Position numbers and translations under genes: made by a program | Shown: piece after piece, positions 45,161 to 46,178 of the stretch | Numbering within the stretch: position 1 is the first letter of the stretch | How the letters are laid out: the number at the start of each line of letters is the position of its first letter | DNA from: a virus | Taxonomy: Duplodnaviria; Heunggongvirae; Uroviricota; Caudoviricetes | Reading direction: 5' to 3' (one strand) | Virus record (IMG/VR): IMGVR_UViG_3300035492_000044 | Location: 1 to 46,178 of that record | Length of the DNA: 46,178 nucleotides | Notes under the pieces: model-generated | Seen by the model: only the letters and a program-made list of their open reading frames with translations | Database searches by the model: none | What the model was told of the DNA's origin: nothing

Positions 45161-46178
45161 TAAAAGAGTACTTAACCGTAATCCGAAATCTGTCTTATCA
45201 AGACTTAGAGAACAATATAAATCGGGAACTTCTCCTTGATCCTCTAAGTATTCCTCGTCTGCTAGTTCTATCAACGGTACTAGTAGACCGGGTATCCCGG
45301 ACATTCAAGAATCTGGGTGATGACAAAGAGTACCTAAAGCTGGATTCAGTTATGGCATGCCTTGCTTATCTGATCCGGAATAGAGGTAACACTCTTAGTC
45401 TTGATAAGATAAATCAGATAATTAGGAAGGAGTTGAACATAGCATGCAATTACATGCCAACTCCGAACATCGACTACTGCGAGGATCCATTCTTCTCATT
45501 TGGAGAGGACTCATCTATGGATCCTGCTCGGCAGTTCTTGAAGAACAAGATCCTCGACTTTGTCCTAGGTCCAGTTCCACTAAGGCTTAAGCCTATCATC
45601 TATTTTTACATGGACACTGGCCTTCTATTTGACGATCTCTTGTCTGATGTCGATAAGGCAATAGTTAGGAAGTCGCTTCATTCAATAGGAAACTGGGATA
45701 TGATTGATACCGATGAACTATTGAAAGATATGCCTAGTACGGTTAAGGGTAAGTCAACCTTCCTAGCTATGCTAGCGCAGAATCATCCCGAGGTGTTTAT
45801 CATAATGACACTTCTCGGTGATGTAAATAAGCTTTCGATAATCACTGAGATTCTCGGTGGTAAGTCAATTAAGATACCCTCTACTGAATCTCTGGTCCAG
45901 ATAATTTCAGATGTTACAAGAGCAGCTAGTGACTCTGAGTCTGGTAATAAGACCACTGTCAGTGATAAGTACCTTAAATCTCTGGCCGATGAACTGAACA
46001 CTAAGCCAGAGACAATTCCTAATACTCTCCTGGAGTATGTGGATAAGTTCATGAATCTTGAATATGCGAACTACATATCTTCCCTTGATACCATAAGTAA
46101 GAAGATATCGCTTAATTCAAATGAGGCTGGCAGGTATTTCGGGCACATGAATAATGAGTTCAAAGCATCTGTCAATCT
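45157..46178 (+). CDS. Partial ORF (at least 340 aa) running off the window, not in the ORF track
   Basis: Hand translation MIKEYLTVIRNLSYQDL... is open to base 46178; ATGA overlap with the previous gene. Confidence 0.8.
   Translation, partial: MIKEYLTVIRNLSYQDLENNINRELLLDPLSIPRLLVLSTVLVDRVSRTFKNLGDDKEYLKLDSVMACLAYLIRNRGNTLSLDKINQIIRKELNIACNYMPTPNIDYCEDPFFSFGEDSSMDPARQFLKNKILDFVLGPVPLRLKPIIYFYMDTGLLFDDLLSDVDKAIVRKSLHSIGNWDMIDTDELLKDMPSTVKGKSTFLAMLAQNHPEVFIIMTLLGDVNKLSIITEILGGKSIKIPSTESLVQIISDVTRAASDSESGNKTTVSDKYLKSLADELNTKPETIPNTLLEYVDKFMNLEYANYISSLDTISKKISLNSNEAGRYFGHMNNEFKASVN

Noticed and set aside
1-46178. tRNA, rRNA, introns, inteins, integrase/att sites
   Set aside because: No cloverleaf or rRNA-like sequence in the few gaps; terminase, capsid and helicases have normal lengths without insertions

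Overview
This window is part of a contractile-tailed (myovirus) dsDNA phage genome, about 46 kb of a larger genome; no DNA polymerase or primase lies inside it. It has three blocks. (1) 1-4798 (+): DUF2786-like protein, NAD+-dependent DNA ligase, a small acidic ORF, a ParM/StbA-type actin homologue, a DEDDh exonuclease and a small ORF. (2) 4849-40370 (-): one long late region. In transcription order it holds terminase small and large subunits, portal, acidic core protein, protease-scaffold fusion, T4 gp23-type major capsid, SAP-like and SWIM proteins, a gp68-like protein, neck, sheath, two tube-fold proteins, a gp26/gp51-like chaperone pair, a tape measure with a GH19 domain, baseplate, a DUF4815-type protein, fibres, chaperones, a GH108 endolysin, holin candidates and spanins. 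(3) 40766-end (+): a stand-alone Pol X 8-kDa/HhH domain, SF2 helicase, DnaB-like helicase, RusA-like resolvase and an ORF running off the window. The fibre and chaperone sequences resemble those of Pseudomonas-type phages, so the host assignment is tentative. I saw no tRNA, rRNA, CRISPR array, integrase or transposase. The most interesting signals are the orphan actin homologue, a 31-bp element duplicated exactly 39.9 kb apart in front of both + strand operons, a probable +1 frameshift (CCU_UUU_CGU) into an unlisted gp51-like frame, and a recurring hairpin+TTATACT signal in the late region. All family assignments come from motif recognition by eye, not from database searches.
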